Source of the DNA: Anaerolineales bacterium | Lineage (GTDB): Bacteria > Chloroflexota > Anaerolineae > Anaerolineales > UBA6663 | Reading direction: 5' to 3' | Length of the DNA: 64,000 nucleotides | NCBI GenBank assembly: GCA_020850595.1 | Contig: JADZEK010000023.1 | Coordinates: 6,222-70,221 of the forward strand | In this document: positions 61,985-64,000 of the stretch, piece by piece | Layout: every line of letters starts with the position of its first letter | Numbering within the stretch: the first letter of the stretch is position 1 | Position numbers and translations under genes: made by a program | Notes under the pieces: generated by a model | Told to the model about the DNA's origin: nothing | Database searches by the model: none | What the model saw: the letters and a program-made list of their open reading frames with translations, nothing else

Positions 61985-62043
61985 CCTTCTATCCGGTTAT
62001 GCGCGAGATGGTTCCCGCCTACTCTGTCTATTCCCCCATCCTC

Positions 62044-62070
62044 AATTCGTGATATTTCGTGGCTAAAGCT
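62044..62070 (+). repeat. ATTCGTG direct-repeat motif, third locus (plus orientation)
   Basis: AATTCGTGatATTTCGTGGCTAAAGCTTTC. Same 10-bp phase and GTGGC-W-A-R-R tail as at 18.2 kb and 32.5 kb. Confidence 0.6.
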
Positions 62071-62078
62071 TTCCGGCG

Positions 62079-62480
62079 CTAAGTCGGCTCGGTGATCACC
62101 TCGACCACCAAATCCGTCAGCGAGACGATGCCGATGAGCTTGTGGTTCTCCAGCACCGGCGCGTGGCCGATGCGGTGGTTGGCGAACAGCCGCGCCACCA
62201 GTTCCACGCGCAGCGAGGGGTTGACCACGATCAGCGGCTTGGTCATGATCTCGTCCACGCGCACCTCGGCCGGGTCGAAGCCGAAGGCCAGCACCTTGGT
62301 CACGATATCGGCGAAGGTCACCAGCCCATAGGCGTCTTCCTCGTATTCCTTCTCGACGATCAGGCTGCGCACCCCGTGATGGCGCATGAGTGCGGCGGCG
62401 TCTTGCACGGTGTGCTCCGCCAGGATGGTGGCGACCTCGGTCTGCATGATATCGCGCGCCGTTAGTTTGTAGTTGGCCAT
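62079..62480 (-). CDS. CBS-pair domain protein
   Basis: 133 aa with two CBS repeats (ARDIM....V......V.DAA.LM..H.V.SL.V ... H.P.. GI.S..D). Confidence 0.85.
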   Translation of the reverse strand: MANYKLTARDIMQTEVATILAEHTVQDAAALMRHHGVRSLIVEKEYEEDAYGLVTFADIVTKVLAFGFDPAEVRVDEIMTKPLIVVNPSLRVELVARLFANHRIGHAPVLENHKLIGIVSLTDLVVEVITEPT

Positions 62481-62499
62481 AAGCTCCTCGCCGCCAGCA

Positions 62500-63555
62500 T
62501 CAGGCCGTCGTCAGCGACGCCACCAGGGTGTCCAGCGCGGCCGCGGCCTCCAGCTGCCCTGTTTTAATCCCGGTGTCGTAATCAAGCAAGCGGCGGTAAA
62601 TGCCCTCTAGCTGCGGCAGCGAGAAGTTGCGGGCTTGGGCGCAGAGCTTGCCGGTCGGATACGGCTTCAGCCCCAGGGCGGCAGCCACTTCATGCTCACC
62701 GGCGCGCCCGTCGAGCAACTCGCGCGCCTGGAGGATCAGCCGGTATTGCCGGATGATCATGGTCAGCACGTAGAACGGGTCTTGGGTGGCGAGCAGCTTG
62801 TGCAGTTCGCGCATGGCCTGTGGGCCGCGCCGCTGGCCCATGGCGTCTACCAGATCGAAGATCACCGCCTCGCCGCCGGCGGGCGTGAGGGTCTGCACGT
62901 CGTCTAGCTCCACGGCGCGAGCGAAGTTCACATAGGTGAGCAGCTTGGCGATCTCCTGCTCCAGCGCGCGCGGGTCGTTCTCCACCTCGCCCAGCGCCTC
63001 GGCCGCCGCGTGGCTGAACTCGCCGCCGGCAGTCTTGGCCCGGCTGCGAATCCAGCGCGTCAGCTCTTCGCCTTTCTTCAGATCAAAGTGCCGCACCAGC
63101 GCCCACTCGGCGCCGGTGGCCGCCTTGAGCACCACGTTCTTGACCGGCAGGTCGCGCTGCTCCATCAGCACCAGCTTGGTGCTGGGCGGCAGTTGCGGCA
63201 GGTAGGCGGCCAGGGCGGCCATCGTTTCCTTGGGGCCGAGGCCGCCGGCGGCCGTGCTCAGCGTCTCGGGCGCTTCGTCCCCGTCTGCGGCGGCGTCGCC
63301 GGCGACCGCCTCCACCCGGCTGAGCAGGCGGGTGAGCCAACCTTCAATCAGCACCAAGCGGTAGTCGGACAGGAAGGGCAGCGTGTCACACGCGGCGCGC
63401 ACCTCGGCCAGCGTCAGCCCGCCGCCGCCGCCGTTGAGCACGGTGGTGTTGAGCGCGGCGTAGGCCGGGTCGCCCATCTTCGCCCGCAAACCCTCCATGA
63501 ATTCGGCCTGGCCGAACTCGTTGGGGCCGTGGAGCAGGTAGAAGCTGGGCGGCAT
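62500..63555 (-). CDS. holA: DNA polymerase III subunit delta
   Basis: 351 aa. FYLLHGPNEF N-terminus and the typical delta-subunit layout. Confidence 0.8.
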   Translation of the reverse strand: MPPSFYLLHGPNEFGQAEFMEGLRAKMGDPAYAALNTTVLNGGGGGLTLAEVRAACDTLPFLSDYRLVLIEGWLTRLLSRVEAVAGDAAADGDEAPETLSTAAGGLGPKETMAALAAYLPQLPPSTKLVLMEQRDLPVKNVVLKAATGAEWALVRHFDLKKGEELTRWIRSRAKTAGGEFSHAAAEALGEVENDPRALEQEIAKLLTYVNFARAVELDDVQTLTPAGGEAVIFDLVDAMGQRRGPQAMRELHKLLATQDPFYVLTMIIRQYRLILQARELLDGRAGEHEVAAALGLKPYPTGKLCAQARNFSLPQLEGIYRRLLDYDTGIKTGQLEAAAALDTLVASLTTA

Positions 63556-63585
63556 GGGCGCAGACGCGGCGGCAGATTGCCGCGC

Positions 63586-63984
63586 TCAGCCGACCGTGGC
63601 GACGAAGTGCGCGATCACCGCGCCGCGGTCGCGGCGTTCGATGTGGTCAATCCGCAGGTTGCGCATCTCGCCGGAGGTGGTCACCTGGCGCTGGAACGCC
63701 AGGCCGACCGGCTGGGCGAAGATGAGCGCGCCGGTGGCGAGCAGGATGACGATGGGCAGGCGCGCCCGGCGCGCGCCGCCGCTGTTAGCGCCCAGGAAGC
63801 CCAGGTAGGCGGCCAACCCGGCGGCGATGCCGGCAGTGACGAAGTTGGTGCCGCAGTTGGGGTGGACGGCCAGGCCGACCTCGCCGCCCTTCATGCGGCG
63901 CAGCGCTTCTTCGGCCGCGTCGCGCAGGGCCTCGGTGGTGACGTTGCCGTAAAGGTGGAAGCCGTTGGGGGTCGAGCGCCCCAC
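63586..63984 (-). CDS. conserved hypothetical membrane-associated protein (HPNCGTN motif); the 5' end may lie beyond the window
   Basis: The frame stays open upstream of the GTG called at 63984, up to the window edge. Confidence 0.5.
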   Translation of the reverse strand: MGRSTPNGFHLYGNVTTEALRDAAEEALRRMKGGEVGLAVHPNCGTNFVTAGIAAGLAAYLGFLGANSGGARRARLPIVILLATGALIFAQPVGLAFQRQVTTSGEMRNLRIDHIERRDRGAVIAHFVATVG

Positions 63985-64000
63985 CAGGCTCAGGCCGCGC

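Overview
High-G+C bacterial chromosomal window with strong GC3 bias (judged by eye, not computed). The domain repertoire (CSLREA/choice-of-anchor-Q beta-helix protein, DUF5674-like protein, multi-GAF kinases) is reminiscent of Chloroflexota-like bacteria, but taxonomy cannot be verified here. I support about 60 protein genes. I recognised no rRNA, tRNA or CRISPR array. Many long ORFs in the track are antisense shadows of real genes, as expected at this G+C. Content by region: (i) 1-7.4 kb: partial pyruvate dehydrogenase E1, two PhyH-type dioxygenases, sugar-acid catabolism genes (rhamnose mutarotase, lactonase-type amidohydrolase) and katG. (ii) 7.6-9.0 kb: a lower-G+C islet with a 5'-truncated (orphan) RHS toxin tip and a putative immunity gene. 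(iii) 9-22 kb: aldo/keto reductase, heparinase II/III-like protein, GNAT, methyltransferase, hydantoinase/oxoprolinase A+B, S10 peptidase, manA. (iv) 22-26 kb: copper-handling cluster (CopC, CopC-CopD-cytochrome c fusion). (v) 26-32 kb: DEAD-box helicase, a MITE-like element, PiT/DUF47, and a stand-alone promoter-leader-terminator unit encoding a 26-aa Cys/Gly-rich micropeptide. (vi) 33.0-38.3 kb: a compact minus-strand accessory block (VapBC, lipoprotein, SH3-muramidase, DNA methyltransferase + PD-(D/E)xK nuclease, two small genes bracketed by 28-nt direct repeats). It appears to have replaced the 3' end of an expansin/DPBB-like gene. (vii) 39-51 kb: two large sensor kinases, FkbM methyltransferase, Tat-signal coiled-coil protein, beta-helix protein. 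(viii) 51-57.6 kb: the replication-origin neighbourhood, in the order mutY, DnaA boxes, dnaA, a short uvrA paralog where dnaN usually sits, then a second DnaA-box cluster with an AT-rich tract. (ix) 59.3-61.4 kb: a four-gene module led by a soluble FtsK/SpoIIIE-type motor-only ATPase. (x) holA at the end of the window. Two short-repeat families recur in intergenic DNA. One is tandem heptamers (GAGGTNN)n that look like serial Shine-Dalgarno sequences. The other is 10-bp-phased ATTCGTG direct repeats. All family assignments come from motif recognition by eye and need HMM or BLAST confirmation.
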